Source: Microthyrium microscopicum
Lineage: Eukaryota
DNA length: 39,494 nt
Assembly (NCBI GenBank): GCA_010405405.1
Contig: MU004234.1
Coordinates: 2,068,882 to 2,108,375, forward strand
Direction of reading: 5' to 3'
Made by a program: the position numbers and the translations under genes. The stretch's first letter is position 1. Every line of letters begins with the position of its first letter. Positions 11,673 to 25,546 of this stretch are shown in pieces. Below the pieces are notes generated by a model. That model was not told where the DNA came from and made no database searches. It saw nothing but the letters and a program-made list of their open reading frames with translations.

Positions 11673-12328
11673 GGCTGAATCCGCGATCAGAATATCAAAA
11701 CGTCAAGGTCCGAAGGAGGGAAGAAAAACTTCCGAATGAGCCTGAATAGCGGACTTGATGGAGACTGTATGTCGCAGTATGGAGCAGCCGGGACAAGTTA
11801 TGAAATGGTGTGGAGCAAAGAGCAAAATATGGTGGGCAGAAATGAAAGGGCCAGGAAGCACCGAGATAAACCATCCAGCGACCATCATACCTTCCGTGAA
11901 AGGAAAGTGTGCTAGCTGAAAGTCCTAACCCGGTTTGGTAATAAAGTCGGGGATGATCGAGGTGTTCCTGCCAACTTGGGAAGCGTAGAGCCACTGCAGC
12001 GCATGAGGTGTTCCTGCTTTCTCTAGAATTGGTTGCAGCTCCTCAACTACCAGATTGCCTAGCTCTTCATCTCCATATTTATTCTGCGATACTATAGAAA
12101 TGCAACAGAGTTGATAACATAGCGCTTTTCGGTCTGTGATTCTGCGTTAGCTGTTGGTGAACATTCCAAGCCCAACTTTTGCCAGCTCTTCACCAGCAAC
12201 ATTGTCCATTGTTCACGGGCATGGAACTTGCCGCCACGGCCTAGAGAGCGCCATGAATATCAAAACGTCCATGTCTACTGGCGAAAACTCGCATCAACCT
12301 GAACAGGTAGCTCTAACATTGGTATATA

Positions 12329-14272
12329 TTACAAGCTTTGCATCCCTCTAGTCTCTATAGGGAGTAGACACATCGCAACAAACGATACAAGATACAGACC
12401 TCCAGCCGCCAGAATTGGAGCCGAAGGATTGATTTTACCCGTCTGCGCCGCAATCATAGGAGCCGATAATCCAGCAAGACGGTTTAAAAGACTGGCGATT
12501 CCAGAGCCAGTTCCTCGAACGGGTGCGGGAAATACTTCTGGGGTATATGCGTAAATGACTCCGTACATAACATTCTATAGCACTATCAGTAACAGCAGCG
12601 AAGACAAAAAGATAGGGACTTACAGAAAAGAGACTCTGTATGCACGCTGCAAATGTCTGCCACGGTGGGTAGCCGGAAAGTGTGAAGAGAAAAAGACTGA
12701 ATCCAGTGACTAGGGTCGATATGGCCATGGTTCCTTTCCTGCCGAAGCGTGGTTGGTCTACTGTATATGCGGCAATGAAACTGCCGGGTACTCCAGCGAC
12801 GGCGGTGATGAGGAAGTTGGTATAGACAACGTCAGTTGGGTTGAGGTCGCCTGCTTTACCATTGTGTTCCAGATATTGCGGCAAGAAGGCGTTGAATAGA
12901 GGATAGGCCCATCCAACACTTTACATGCTGTTAGTAGATTACGGAGAACGGATTGAGGATTTCATACGTGAGCCAGATAACCCAGATCAAGGCAGTCGTA
13001 ATGCCAAGCTTCCAGCCATCAAACAGAGCCCCAACTTTGTCGACGGAGAACTTTCCAGTCTTTTTCGACATGTTGAGGCCAGGAAGAGCGCTATCTTCTC
13101 CTGCGAGTTGATGTAGAGTTTTCTCATCCAGCCAGGTTTTGCCTCCGTTGTATCTAGCGATACGTTGAACCACTTCTATGGCCTCTGATTGTCTGTTTCT
13201 GGACAGCAGATATTTCGGCGACTCGAGAAGATTGAAGAGAAAGAACCGGCAAACAAACATGAATAGAGTGAATAGTCCAAGAACAGCAATGAAGTAGCGC
13301 CAGCCACGGTTGTCTTTCGACTCGCAGCAGGGTTGTTGGCCACCAGTCGCAAAGCATGGAGAAAGGTTTGCGGCACATGAATATCGAGGTATGAAATACC
13401 AGGCAACTGTATGATAGATTAGTGGTGCTTGGGAGAGATGCGCGAGATATGTCTTACTTATCGCCGCCGTGAGCTGACCAAAAGGCCACCAAGCGCTCAG
13501 TAGCGTAAGTAGCTTGTTGTCCGCCATGGGAAGAAACTCCAAAAATAATGCGCCATCCACAGGAAGATTCCCGCCTACTCCAAAGCCCATGAGCGCAAAG
13601 AGAAGAGCAGTAGTAGCCCATGTTGGCCCAAACGATATCAAGACACCAAAAAAGCCAGTGATGAACAAAGTCGTGTTGAACGTAATGCGGCGGCCAAGAG
13701 TATCACTTAGAAATCCCCACGCAACACTGCCGAAGCCCATGCCGACATATAGAATCATAGTCGTGTACCGGACTGAAGTCTCTGACAAACCAAATTCAGT
13801 TTGTAGAGATGGTAAGCTTAATGAAAGTCCCTGAAAAAATGTTAGGCTAACAAGTGCATGTATATGAAAGACTTATATACCACTAGCCAGAGACTGATGA
13901 CATTGTTAGCACATATTCGCAGGCCGAGGACGAGTGAGACTGACTTATCTGCAAACCAGCCAAAACCACACAGAATGAAAAGTTCCCATTGGTACTTGCC
14001 CATCCCAATATCTTGGATAGCTCGGTTGATGATTTTACTCTGTCCTATTTGAAAACCCCTTAGTCCAGCCTAGTAGCCAGCCAGAGTAACATACGTTCGT
14101 ACAAGTCCGCGCCCATAAGATCATGCTCCAATTCATTTCGAAGTTGCTCCACCAACACATCCGAATCCGGTAACAGCGGCGCATCGTCCTCTTCAAAGTT
14201 GGCATCTCCGTAATCATCTCGGTCGCCATTCAGCGGCTGCCGAGCCTCCTCATCTTCCTGAGAAGCCCGCAT
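12329..14272 (-). CDS. MFS transporter (SV2/sugar-porter-like), multi-exon
   Basis: IGMGKYQWELFILCGFGW, SDTLGRR, GGNLPVD, ESPKYL, FGRKG, YTPEVFPAPVRGTG and PIETRG motifs across exons with GT-AG introns. Confidence 0.9.
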
Positions 14273-15128
14273 GGCTGATCCGGGACTTTGGGACTGTTAG
14301 TGGATCCCGGACTTCTACCTAGCGGCGTGACTGCCAACGGATGAATCAAGCAACAGGCGGTCGTATATAAAAGCAAACTGATTCCCGCCCATCATCCAGC
14401 AGCATGGCGGTTTTTGTCTTGTGATGGGTGCGAGTTGAGATTGAGATCCGTTGTGTTTCAGACGCGCGAGGTTAACAGGTGTCTCAATAATCGGATACGG
14501 CGGCAAGGCGGATAGAAGACTAGCGCGCGTCTGTGAGGATCGAGCATCAGCCAATCATATTTCCCTCTTATGACAAGGATTATCCACCCCCGAGGCTGAA
14601 ACTCGTGGGCAAGGCTGGGATTGCGATCATCTAATTCAGCGTTGGTTTTGTCAGTGGAATCTATATTGAGTAAGTATAATTTGCATTCTTTGACTTCCTT
14701 TCCGAGCGCTTGCATTGGACTACTTAATGTCGAAAGGCGACAAATCCTTGCTATAGCCGAAGGACGAAGACACTGACCGTTTCTTATCTTGAAAGGCCTC
14801 TAGCATACCACATAAATAGTTGTACAGAAGATCTGTTGGTTGTCTCAAAAGTAAGAAGGCAAAAATAAAACACGAGAATCTAAAGTATCTACCCTATAAC
14901 ATACCCAATAAACCAGATGTGGCTACATCCTTCAGTGCAGAAATACTGATGACTTCAAACCCCCAAGCTATTTGCATGTTCGTGGGGAAGTCAGCTTCTG
15001 ATTTAAAATACCTTATCGATCTAATATAATCACTACGTAGCCCAGACAGGGCGGGAATCTAAGGTCCGCTGTCAAGATGTCTTTTGTAACGTTAATCTTT
15101 TCCACAAGCCTGTCCCGGATAATTTGCC

Positions 15129-16920
15129 TCATGCAGCTATTGTGCCATCGTAGTCCTTACGACTGAAAATGTCTGTCACACTGTAGTTCCCAAAGCATGC
15201 AAACTGGTAGTTTGCCAATTCAGTCGCGCTCTGTTGACTGGCGACAAAGCTCTCGAGAGAGCACAATCCGTCAGTCCGGTCTGCGCAATCACCACCACGG
15301 ATAGAATTCAGAGGGAGAATGCCATTGTTCAGACGCATTCGAACGAACTTGTTGGTCGCGTTCTTTGGGCTATAGCCGTACTGCTCAGGGAAATAGGCGG
15401 TTCGCGCGGCTGAAACGGTCTCTGGATCAGGGGAGGCACATCCAATGACTTCGGTAATCAGCCTGGCGCCAAAAGGCGTCATTTTAGAAAGTATGAACTT
15501 TCGAGCTGGGTCCGGCGGGTAGTCGAGATTAGGCGCGTCCTTGAAATAATCAACAGACATGGCTGTCAGGACTGACACAATAATATCGTCGTGAGAGAAG
15601 TCTGAGTACATTTTTGCGCCGAGAGGGAAATCTTCGGGATTGTTGGTCATGGTATAATTGACGCTGCTGTTTGAAGAGGTAATGTACTGATTCGTGAGCC
15701 TGGCGAGTAGTTCCTGTAGATAGCCAACGCCCTGCGCGCGTCCTGTGGGATTTCCATAGGCGTAGTCGTAGTAGTATTCAATGTCCAGGGAGTTCTCAAA
15801 CCCAGACCATTCGTCTGCAGTGAATAAAGTACAGAAGTCCGATTGACCAATGTATGCTGTCTCATAAGCACATATGCTCTAAAAGTTCCGTTAATTCTTT
15901 TCAGTGGACTTGAATGCTCTAGCTTACCTGCATAGCGTATGTGTCATTCACTGTCAAGTTAAATCCGCTAGGAGCATATTTTTGGAACCTGTCTGTCGCA
16001 TTTTGAAGATAGCTCTGGAGATACTGGTTTGCAATTTGGTCACCCAAGTCCAAAGTGGGCTCATTGTCGGAATCAATACAGCTATCATAGCTGGCCAGCG
16101 TATTGTTTTCAACTCCACCCTCGGGAATAACCACTACGTCAAACGCCGTCGTCGCGTTTGATAGACTTGGGTTGGAAACGGCCAGAAATGACGGTCCAAA
16201 GAATCCGAGAGACCAATTTATCTGAGAGTTCTGTATGCGGGACTGACTTGTGGTTCGAAGGACGGGTTTCGGCCTTTCTGTTCCATTGGGAAAGCTCGCT
16301 ATAAGTCGTTAGCAATAAATAACCTGCTGCATGGCAATAATCGATTTCTATCGGAGAGTTGCATAGCTGGCCGCGATGTCATGACAGGATTCCTTTAAGA
16401 TTGACAATAAACATAGGGCTGGTGGGGAGTAACGTCCGGAATGGTCTCAGAACTTACAATTATACGACAACTGTCCAGCGCTAGCATTGAAGAGTGTTCT
16501 ACCGTAGCGATTCCAGAAGGCTACTCCTGATGTGAATTCGGTGATAGCGCCAACTCCAGTCAGGAGCCCTTCGCCCATGGTGTATTTGTATGTGTTCAGA
16601 AATACCAGAGGTCCACTCCATTTCTCTGATGACTGGGTTTCCGAGAAGTTTGATACTTTCTGGCCAAATCTCTCGTCATTAGAGCCATCATCATAGAAAG
16701 AAGTTGGAAACCGTTGGGCATGGCGTTGCAGTGAATGAGCCTGTTCTATTTGGCAACCATCTGGAAGCCCCACATCCTGTACACCGAAGTAATCGTCCGG
16801 GTTATCTCGGTATGGCGATATCTGACCCCAATGCTGCGAAATATCGTTCAGATCTGTAAGTATAATTTGGCCACTTGATAGTCTTGCCAAAATGGCAAGT
16901 AGAGTTGTAAGATAAAACAT
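15129..16920 (-). CDS. Secreted histidine acid phosphatase / 3-phytase-like, multi-exon
   Basis: ATG 16920 with signal peptide, HWGQISPY, catalytic RHAQRFP (RHxxRxP), proton-donor DFSHD, PFGAR, VRMRLN. Confidence 0.9.
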
Positions 16921-18128
16921 CGTGATGTTCACAGACTTTGGAGCCTCACAGGGTCTTAATTGAAAGCTTGTATGAAAGCTTGGGTGGCTGGAAGGTTCTT
17001 GAGCGCAGATCCAGGCGTAGGTTGCATTCTTGTGCAAGGCTCCGGATCCCGCAGGCTCAATTATGTATCCTTTATCATCTAATCGAGTGGAGGTGTTGAG
17101 CTCCGCGCACTTGGGTAGCTCCGCATGGTGGAATGAATGCTACCTTAGTGTCACCGAACAGTGAACACGGAACACGGACTGCGAGGTCTTCATGTCCTTT
17201 TGTATGGAATCAACACAAGTTTTGTGGACCAAATTGTCGAATATTGCTTGCAGCCGAAGGTTCAAGAAAGATGACGGAGCATCGCCGCGCAGATCTTGCT
17301 GCACGAAGATTGAGCTGATTTCTCATTGGATCTGCGAAAACTAAACATGCATGCTAAGCAGCTAAGGTACGAGTCGCAACAAAAACCGGAAAGGTTGCAA
17401 CTTCACTAAGCTTAGTACAGAAGTCTACACAGACGCAACAGAAGTGCATCTGCAAGGTTTCCACCTGCCCAATTTAATAGATCGACCTAGTCCATACCAA
17501 GCTTTGGCGATAGACCAGCGAATTGATTGGCTCTACTCAGACATACAATAGCCGCCAGTACGGTAGGAATCGAAATGCTTTGTGCTTCATGGTTTTCCAT
17601 AGAATCAATCGATGTCGCTTTTATATGGCTGAATATGAATACACTGAACAACAGAGTATAGCAGACGATGTTATGGCAGTTCATGAGAACCAACAATTTC
17701 CTCTCGTGTTCTACCGTTTTCAGTTCTGTAGACATGGTTGAAAAGAGCTATGACCTTACTCTACCTTCGTTTTGGAAAAGCTCAAAGCTAATGTTTCTTC
17801 GTTCATAATCTGCTTGGTTCCGAGAGAACGAGTTCGGGTAAGGGAAGAGCGTACGCTAGGCTTCTCCCTGATACCGGACCATTAATGAACATATCCACTA
17901 GCAACTCCAAATGTTTCAAGGTGAACGAAGGCGGCAGCGGAGAGAGCATTATCTACAGCTCGGGTGGTTTAATGAAATCTCTACAAGCAGTCGACCAAAT
18001 CAACAGCTTACAAAATGATGGACTAGGAAAACATTAATAAAAAAGTCAAACGAAAAAAATACATAACATCAAATAAACATGTTCTACAAATATCAAGATA
18101 TTTTAGCAACCATAAATGCTAATGAAAA

Positions 18129-18214
18129 GACCAGCTCGGGAATTGAACTGTCGAAAACTTTCATCAGTGGCTGTCGCCAGGTCCACCTCGTTATTCTTGC
18201 AATCAGGGAGGGTC
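18129..18214 (-). pseudogene. Degenerate tRNA-like element (copy C)
   Basis: Starts GACCCTC, ends GCTGGTC (5 of 7 pairs). B-box-like GTTCAATTC at canonical distance from the 3' end, central GTGG/CCAC hairpin, TTTT directly after. Confidence 0.35.
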
Positions 18215-18345
18215 ACAATTGAATCCGGTTACCCAAGTTGAAATCTAAATTCCAAACAAGGCTAGCCGACCTCGTACCGTGAGACAGACCTTGGTCTTCA
18301 TGTCGAGCCTCTCACACCGAATTATTATGCAAATGATCAACTCTT

Positions 18346-19333
18346 GTACATATAGAACTAATGGAAATCGAATATTAATATTGCTAACACAGAACTATGT
18401 CAAGCTTTTTACACCCAAGTTGCAATGCATTATATCGAGAATATCCCCACCAGAAATGCTGGAAGTTATAGAACGATTTGCATGTCCCGATATATGTCGG
18501 GGTGCCCAACCGCCATATCACTCTAGATTGTTTATGCTACCGATCCAGTGTCTATCATAATCTAGACCCACCTTCAACGGACCACACCTTTACTGATCTC
18601 ACCAGCTGATTGAAACTTGATAGATACGGCGATTCATTCGTTCTAAAAAGTCAAAAGATTAATCTGAGCAGAAGACATCTAACAAGTCCCTTGAACCACC
18701 TAATCTGTCCAGAGACCTATATATGTAGAGATTCCGAATCCCACGAGCCATCGTGTTTCTACTGTCTTAGTCAGGTGGGCGGGGAAATTGGACTCTTTAG
18801 GAGTTTGGGAGGCGCACTTATGCAATTGCTCAACGTATCGCGAACACGCGAACACAGGATCGATGGGAATCAATTGTAGATTTGGACAAAGCAGGCCATT
18901 TTCTCCGTTTTGATACATGTGCGCGACAGTTTCTCTTTCTATTTCGTCTGAGCGGAGTCGTGCCTATTCTAGACATCTCAACACCTTCATCAAAAGCACA
19001 AAGTTCACAGGCCCATTACACCAAACATGTCTGATATTCTAATATCGAGATCAGGAAATCACAAGCTAACTAGCATTTCTTTACATGTTCTCAGTTTGTC
19101 AAGGAACTTTCAGCCAAGGGCATTGGTGTAAACATCAGTGAATCAAAGGACACGAAAGCTGCGAAGGGAATGCACTGGCCGATCACTGCGCTGTATATAG
19201 TCGTGAGCAGATGGTAAGATCTTCTCCATTATATGTTCTCCTAAAGCTATCTTTCCCATTGGAGCGAATGCCATGCGGAGGGGTCTCAAGGCGCAAAACG
19301 AAACTTTGCAAGACACATGCTTACTCACTGTAG
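18346..19333 (+). pseudogene. RNase HI-family pseudogene (copy 4), paralogue of copy 3
   Basis: 19095-19136 reads FVKELSAKGIGVNI; after a 1-nt frameshift 19136-19213 reads Q*IKGHESCEGNALADHCAVYSREQM, matching copy 3 LIQEISDRGIAVQLNWVKGHNSCHTNNLVDQHAVNHRENL. Upstream remnants LGVWE (~18797; copy 3 LGVWD) and HYIENIPTR (~18428; copy 3 RYMETTLPR). Intron-like 18346-18392. Boundaries approximate. Confidence 0.7.
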
Positions 19334-21458
19334 GAGAAAACTTATAGAGCGTCGAGAAACAACGCCGGAGACTTTCCAGCAAGCCCCATGGTTTACACAT
19401 TACCACCTATATTCTCGAAAAGTACCAACTTCCGGACTTTTCCTCGAATACCTACAAGAAGCCAAGCGTCTTCTGACGAGTTTGCAACCCCTTAATGTCG
19501 CAGGCAGCTGTAAGTTACTCGAACATGCTTGTAGACACCGAAGCTGCCCTCCTGGAGCTGCCGGCTTCTCGCCCACCAGCTGCCGGCCATTATTGCAGGT
19601 CGCGCACGACGTGGAGACGCATCGACTTGTGCGCGCGAAAAGCGGTCCTGCCCAAGCAGGCAACAGCTACTCGCCCACAACATTCGACCAACCATAATAA
19701 GGGACCGCATGGTCACACCGAGCGGCGAGCCCATAAGCAAAAATCGAAAACGCGTTCACTGTACTCGAATGCGAGCAAGAGCGACCACCAGCGCAAATGA
19801 GATCGGACTCTAGGACCTTCGACGAGACAAGAATTTTAGCGACCAAGTGAATCCCCGCGCACAAAAGAAGCTACGAAAACTAGAGTCTAAGCTAAACTCG
19901 GAAGCATAATGGGGTAGGAAAATGCACTATTTGCATAATAAGGTTGTGAGAACTGCTGGCATAAGAGAGAGAGCAAATGAGCTAAAGTACTGCAGTTGCC
20001 CTAGCAAACGACAATCAGTACACTTAACACCGCAGTCCTAGATGCAGCTATAAATCTGGATTGGGGGAGATCAGATAGCCAATATTCCTTGAATACTATC
20101 AGCATTTCTTCGAAGTGATCAACGATGGTATGTGGACTAGAGCTGCGTGTCAATATCCCGATTCCTGTTTACAAGCTGATACGTAGGGCTACATTATCAG
20201 CTGGTCCATTTGGAAATGAATGGCGCCACCTGCTAAAAATAATCGTCAGTCAGTCAGCACTATGCAGCTAATGTGTTGTTCGATCAACCCGCATTCCAGT
20301 CACAGGAATTCAGTGCGACACAAGGACGCTTTGGATAATATCAACCAGCGATTTCGTTCTCCCTCAGCCTCCCGCTAGCTTGGCAATGCCCTCTTTGTCG
20401 AAAATGCCAAACAACGTTGATGGGCTAGTAATGAAAGTTTGGGACGTTTCCATGTCTACAGTCAGAGAACTTCGATTGTTTCGCTACCAATAAGGCTGTC
20501 GATGACACTATAGAACATCAATCTAGTAAGAACATGCCTTTCAATGGCAAGGATTGCATGGGCCGGTGTAAGTTCAAGATCTTCCAAGGAGAGGCTGCGC
20601 TCTTCCAACGATGAGATGCGCCTGAGCAAATATTACAACAACCCATATGCTATTGCCTAACTGAGAAGCTCACCTTCCAATGGTTATAGTGTTTGGTTTC
20701 CTTCAGAGCTGTCGAACAGCTACCGTAGCGTGGAGGGGGGAGTAAAGGACTTGATATTTTGATGAAACTACATGATCTTTTGAAGTCTTTTTAGAAGTCT
20801 ATTCTTTTCTAGAAGATGATGTCTTGAGTAGACCTTATGTTCTATGAATAAAAGTAATTACGACTAAAGATAAAGAAGGCACGATAGGATGTTGGTAAGA
20901 ATAAAAGGATAAAGTATAGGAGCTAAATAGATCGGGGGCTATATACATAAGCTTGGTAAGTTATACTTTATTATTGTGAAACCCTTAGTAAAATGTAGTC
21001 GTGATTCTGCCTCGCCTGACTAAGCTATAGCGTATTGATCTAGCCCGATTTGTAGTTCGAATTGTAATTTATAAAAAAAAAAGTACTTATTACTAGTTGT
21101 CTTGCTCTTTTAATCCTTTAATGAATTTAGTGGTGATTTTTTTGCCCCTCTTTATAGCTATGACATGGCTAAAAAATAGCTAAAACATAGTTTTTTTAGA
21201 AAATGCTTTTTTGAACAGAAAATATAGGTTTTCTAAAACAGGTATCTTCTCTTAGAAAGCGGCATCGATTGTACCTCTCTGTAGAATATACATTTTCTTG
21301 TCTAGAAGCTTCATAGGATGATCACTGGTAAATTTCCTCTACCCCCCCTCGCGCGCTACGGTACCTAGCAAGGAACACCAAGCAGGTAATGGTAGTGGGC
21401 AGAAACTCAGTATTGTTCAGTGCTAGTAGCAAGCGAACGCGAAGTTGTGATCACGAAA

Positions 21459-23422
21459 TCAGGATTTAGTTTTATTGTTTATGTCTCGGCTTTCTTTCTG
21501 TTCGGGAGTAGCTGATTGCTTTTGGTAGCAAAACAAGCTGACGACAAAGGCTGCAACAGCAAAGCCCATCAGAGTCCGATTCTGCAATACAAACCCCCTG
21601 TCATATGCTCTCTTGACAGACAGAGTCTGCGTAGGAGAAAACTTGTCAAGTCTTGTCGGAATATTGAGTAGCTTGGTCAAGTCATCGGCAGGCAGCGACC
21701 CAGCCAAATCATTTTGGACAGCCCTATTCAACAGAGCCTGGCAAAGAGCGCTTCCAAGAACACCGCCAAACACACGAACTTGAGTAACTGCACCAACGGC
21801 GATAGCTATGTTCAATTAGTTTCGATCATTCATAATGGTTGATACGGTCTGAACTGACCACGATCCTCTGCTGAAACTGCAAATCTGGCAACGACCAGAA
21901 CGCTAGAGAGGGAGAGTCCAAAACCAATGCCTAATATTGATTGAAATCCATACTGGCGGGTGGTCTCTGACCCTAAAGACTTCAAGGACGACATGAGGCC
22001 AAGCCCAAGGACTTGGGTGCCTGTTCCTGCCAAGAGAACATAAGAGGCAATGCTGGTGTGATTGCAAAGATAGCCACCGATCGCAGATCCAAATGCTGAA
22101 GATACCAGTAACGGCAGCATCCTGATACCTGCAGCCACAGGCGATAGACTCTGCGCCAACTGGTAGCGCTGTGGAAGAAAAATGATAGTTGCAACAAATG
22201 GAAATCCGGTCAAGAAGGCGGTTCTGTTACAATGATTAGCACCTTTTTCACCAGAGAGTATTAGACTTACATGATGGCTGCTGAGACCACTCGTCTAGTC
22301 AACAGAGTTGCAGGAAAGATAGGAAGAATTGCCTTGAATTTGTGTCCAAAGGTCAACAAGTACTCCCATCCAGCGAACGCTATCATTAGCATCGCCGAGA
22401 GCACGCCGAAGATGATCATGACATGGCTTTTCCAGCCGGATCTAAGACTACCTTGCTCAAGCGCTAGGATGAGGAGAGTAGACCCTGTCAAGGAAAGAAG
22501 ACATCCAGCAATGTCTACGCGTACCAGGCCTCGGAACCCTATAGGTGGAATATTCGAGTTTGCGGGAAAGAAGCGGAAGACACAAATGATGATGACAACT
22601 CCAAATGGGATGCTAAAGTCGACATAGTCAGCACTGTCAATTACGCGGCACTGGAAGCAACTCACTTCAAGTTGAAGATCCATCTCCAGGTAGATTTAGA
22701 AGTAATGATACCGCCCAGGATTGGGCCGCAGATACTTGACAGGGCAAATATAAAGCCTTGTAGTCCTGATACCAGTCCTTGCCTTCCTTCTGGCGCAATC
22801 TCAATCATTACTGTCATCGCTAGAATGTAGACACCTGCTCCACCAATTCCTTGAATAGCGCGGAATGATATTCTTGAAGGGTTAGCATATTTTGCTGCTC
22901 TGAAACAACACAGTAAAGAAATCTTACAATTGGTTCATTGATTGGGCAAGGCCACACCCCAAAGAAGACAGGGTGAAAATGAATACGGCAGTGACAAATG
23001 CTGACTTTTGTCCAAAGATGTCGCCGCATCTTGCAAAGATGATCAGAAAGCCTGTATGAGGTCAAAAACTACTGCGCATATGATCAGGGCCGTATCGTAC
23101 CAGTATATGTTAGCATGTACGAAACAACAATCCAATTCGATCTTTCAAAGTCGCCTAGATTGGAAGAAATATCGATCAAGGCTGTAGCGATGATGGTGGT
23201 TTCCATTACTGAGAGAAATAGTCCTAAGGACAACCTATTTAGCTGTCAGCGTATGAGTCTGCCGGAAACTATCTCAAGGTGTTAATACATCGTGACGGTG
23301 ATCCAAAGACGCCAGCCATGAATTGGTGGTACTTGAGCCACTTGGGCTGATTCAGAGCAGCCATGGCTTGATGATGAGGCCGATAGACTCTTCTCAACAT
23401 CATTTGCTTGCTGCTCGGTCAT
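21459..23422 (-). CDS. MFS drug:H+ antiporter (DHA2-like), multi-exon
   Basis: ATG 23422 (MTEQQ). LFLSVMETTIIATAL, WIVVSYMLTYT, GPILGG...WRWIF, LPQRYQ...SPVAAGIRMLP, QVRVFGG. Confidence 0.88.
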
Positions 23423-24537
23423 TGAGCTGATATTTTGGAGCCCCTGGCAGTAGCAATGCTTTCTGCGGTGCGAGCTCTACTAAACCGACTGATATCAGTA
23501 TGGGCATTTGGATGCTAGTAGTGTTTTGGCTAGTATGGCAAGATAGTGTGGACACTTGACAGGCCTATTTGAGGGAAAAGTAGTAAGTATGCCGCCAGCT
23601 ACAAGCACTTCAGCCGGGTGGCCAAAAAAGGTCAGGCACTGATCTATCCAAATTGACAGAGTCTGGTCCTTACAGCTAATCTACAAATTTGCATGATATA
23701 TCTGCAGTGAATGTGTTTCTCCAATCAGCAGTTATACAATCGGTCAAGGGGTACTTTGCTGCCAGACGTATATGACTTGGCAAGGAAGGCTTATCTGGAT
23801 AAGGTTGATAATAGGCTCATTTAGGGTTTGAGGGCAAAAAGCTTCACAGCGGACCTCAGTTGTCAAAGCTCAAGATAGGCTCAAGCTAAGGCCTTGATGA
23901 ACAATTGTATTACACGTCATCCGACCTGGTAAGCTGTCAAAACAATGGACGCGTCTTGGCAGCTTCAAACAAGATCAGATACAGCCGCAGGAGTTGACGT
24001 TGATTGATTCTTTGCTGTATCACTACCGTGGTAATGCAAAGGAGAAATCTCTGCACAAGTTTCAGACAGAGCGCACAGAGCAGATCCCACGAGATGATGT
24101 GTTTCATACAAACAAGAAAAACAAAACCTGAAGCGAAGGTCGCTTGTGGCGATGAAGTCCCTTCACGGCTGCCTGTGAGCTAAAAGTAATCTCATATGTA
24201 TGCGGCAGGTAACATATTCGATCTCAATTGACCGGAATACTCTGAAAACGATATGCCAGGAGAAATACCGACTCATAGCTCTGGGACACAGATAGGCAGA
24301 AAAACGCATGAAATTGCTCGCGGCGCTTTATGCTACAGATATCTATAGTCAGCTGCTCTTATGACAAAGCTGGAGAACGATTCTAGGCGAACAAGTATGG
24401 CGTGTGAGTTAAAAAACTCACGGATACCGTGCTGTTTTCTGTCACACAACTCTTTGTTCTTGAAAACCTTTCTATTACCTTATATCCATCTAGAAACTCG
24501 ACACCTTACTTTAAGATCCACGTGAATAGCCTCGAAG

Positions 24538-25546
24538 TCAGAAGCTGTTCTCTTCCATCCACTTCTTCGACTCTTCAGCGTATTCTTTCCTCCAGCGGGT
24601 CAAAGGTTGTCGCTCATACACAGCATCTCCAGCGGTCCACATCATGCGCTTTTTGTCGAGCTCTGGAGTAACATCATTATCTGGACAAATGATGTAAAAT
24701 TTTCCGTCGTTCATCTTTTGAAAGCAGTAATCCGCAACCTGTTCAGGGGACCAGGCTCCATCTGGCTTTTTCTCTTCTGAGCCAGGCACATTTCCTGACT
24801 AGAGGACATTTAAATTCTGTTACACGCGCGGAACGTGGTACTTACGAGACCTGTAAAAGTCCATCCGGGGACTAAAAGGTGGACGCCAATGTCGGTGTCC
24901 TTCAAGTCATAACTAAGATGCTCTGCTAAAGACTTGACGGCCGCTTTGGAAGCATTGTAGGCTGGATTACCAGGAGGATTTGTAATACCCTTCCAAAATG
25001 AGAAGAGAACTTCGTTTCGTGAATAGGATCATACCTGTTTACTTCCAGTAATCACAATTGATGAGCGATATCCGGACTGAGCCTTCAAGAAAGGTACGAA
25101 AGTATTCAGACCATTCACCACGCCGAAGAGATTCGTGTTCAGAATCTGTCCTCACGTTTAGCTCGAGTGAACTGAATAAAGGTGTAGTGAGAAATCACTC
25201 GTTGGAAATATTCTCTATCACCCCAATCGCCCTTGCCGCCAATCCCAGCATTTAGGAACAGGAAGCCGAGTTGACCCCATGCTCTCTCAACATCGCCCTT
25301 CAGCTTTTCCCAATCTTCCGTATTGGTAACGTCTACATCGAATGTAAGGACATCCTCGGGCGCACCACTCGCCAAATCATCTTTTGCTCTAGCGAGAAGC
25401 TTGGTGTTGCGGTCGACGATGCCAACACGCATGCCCTTGGCTCTACACTTATGCGCGATGGCGAGACCAATTCCTGAGGCCCCACCAGTGATGAGGGCCG
25501 TGGCCGGCAAGGTTGACTGCGAGGATATCTTTGGAATCGGTGGCAT
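24538..25546 (-). CDS. Short-chain dehydrogenase/reductase, multi-exon
   Basis: TGGASGIG cofactor motif, LNAG, catalytic YNASK (~24945-24960), HLLVPGWTFT. Confidence 0.9.

Noticed and set aside
18486..18501. Near-palindrome CCCGATATATGTCGGG
   Set aside because: Single occurrence inside the pseudogene; no supporting context.
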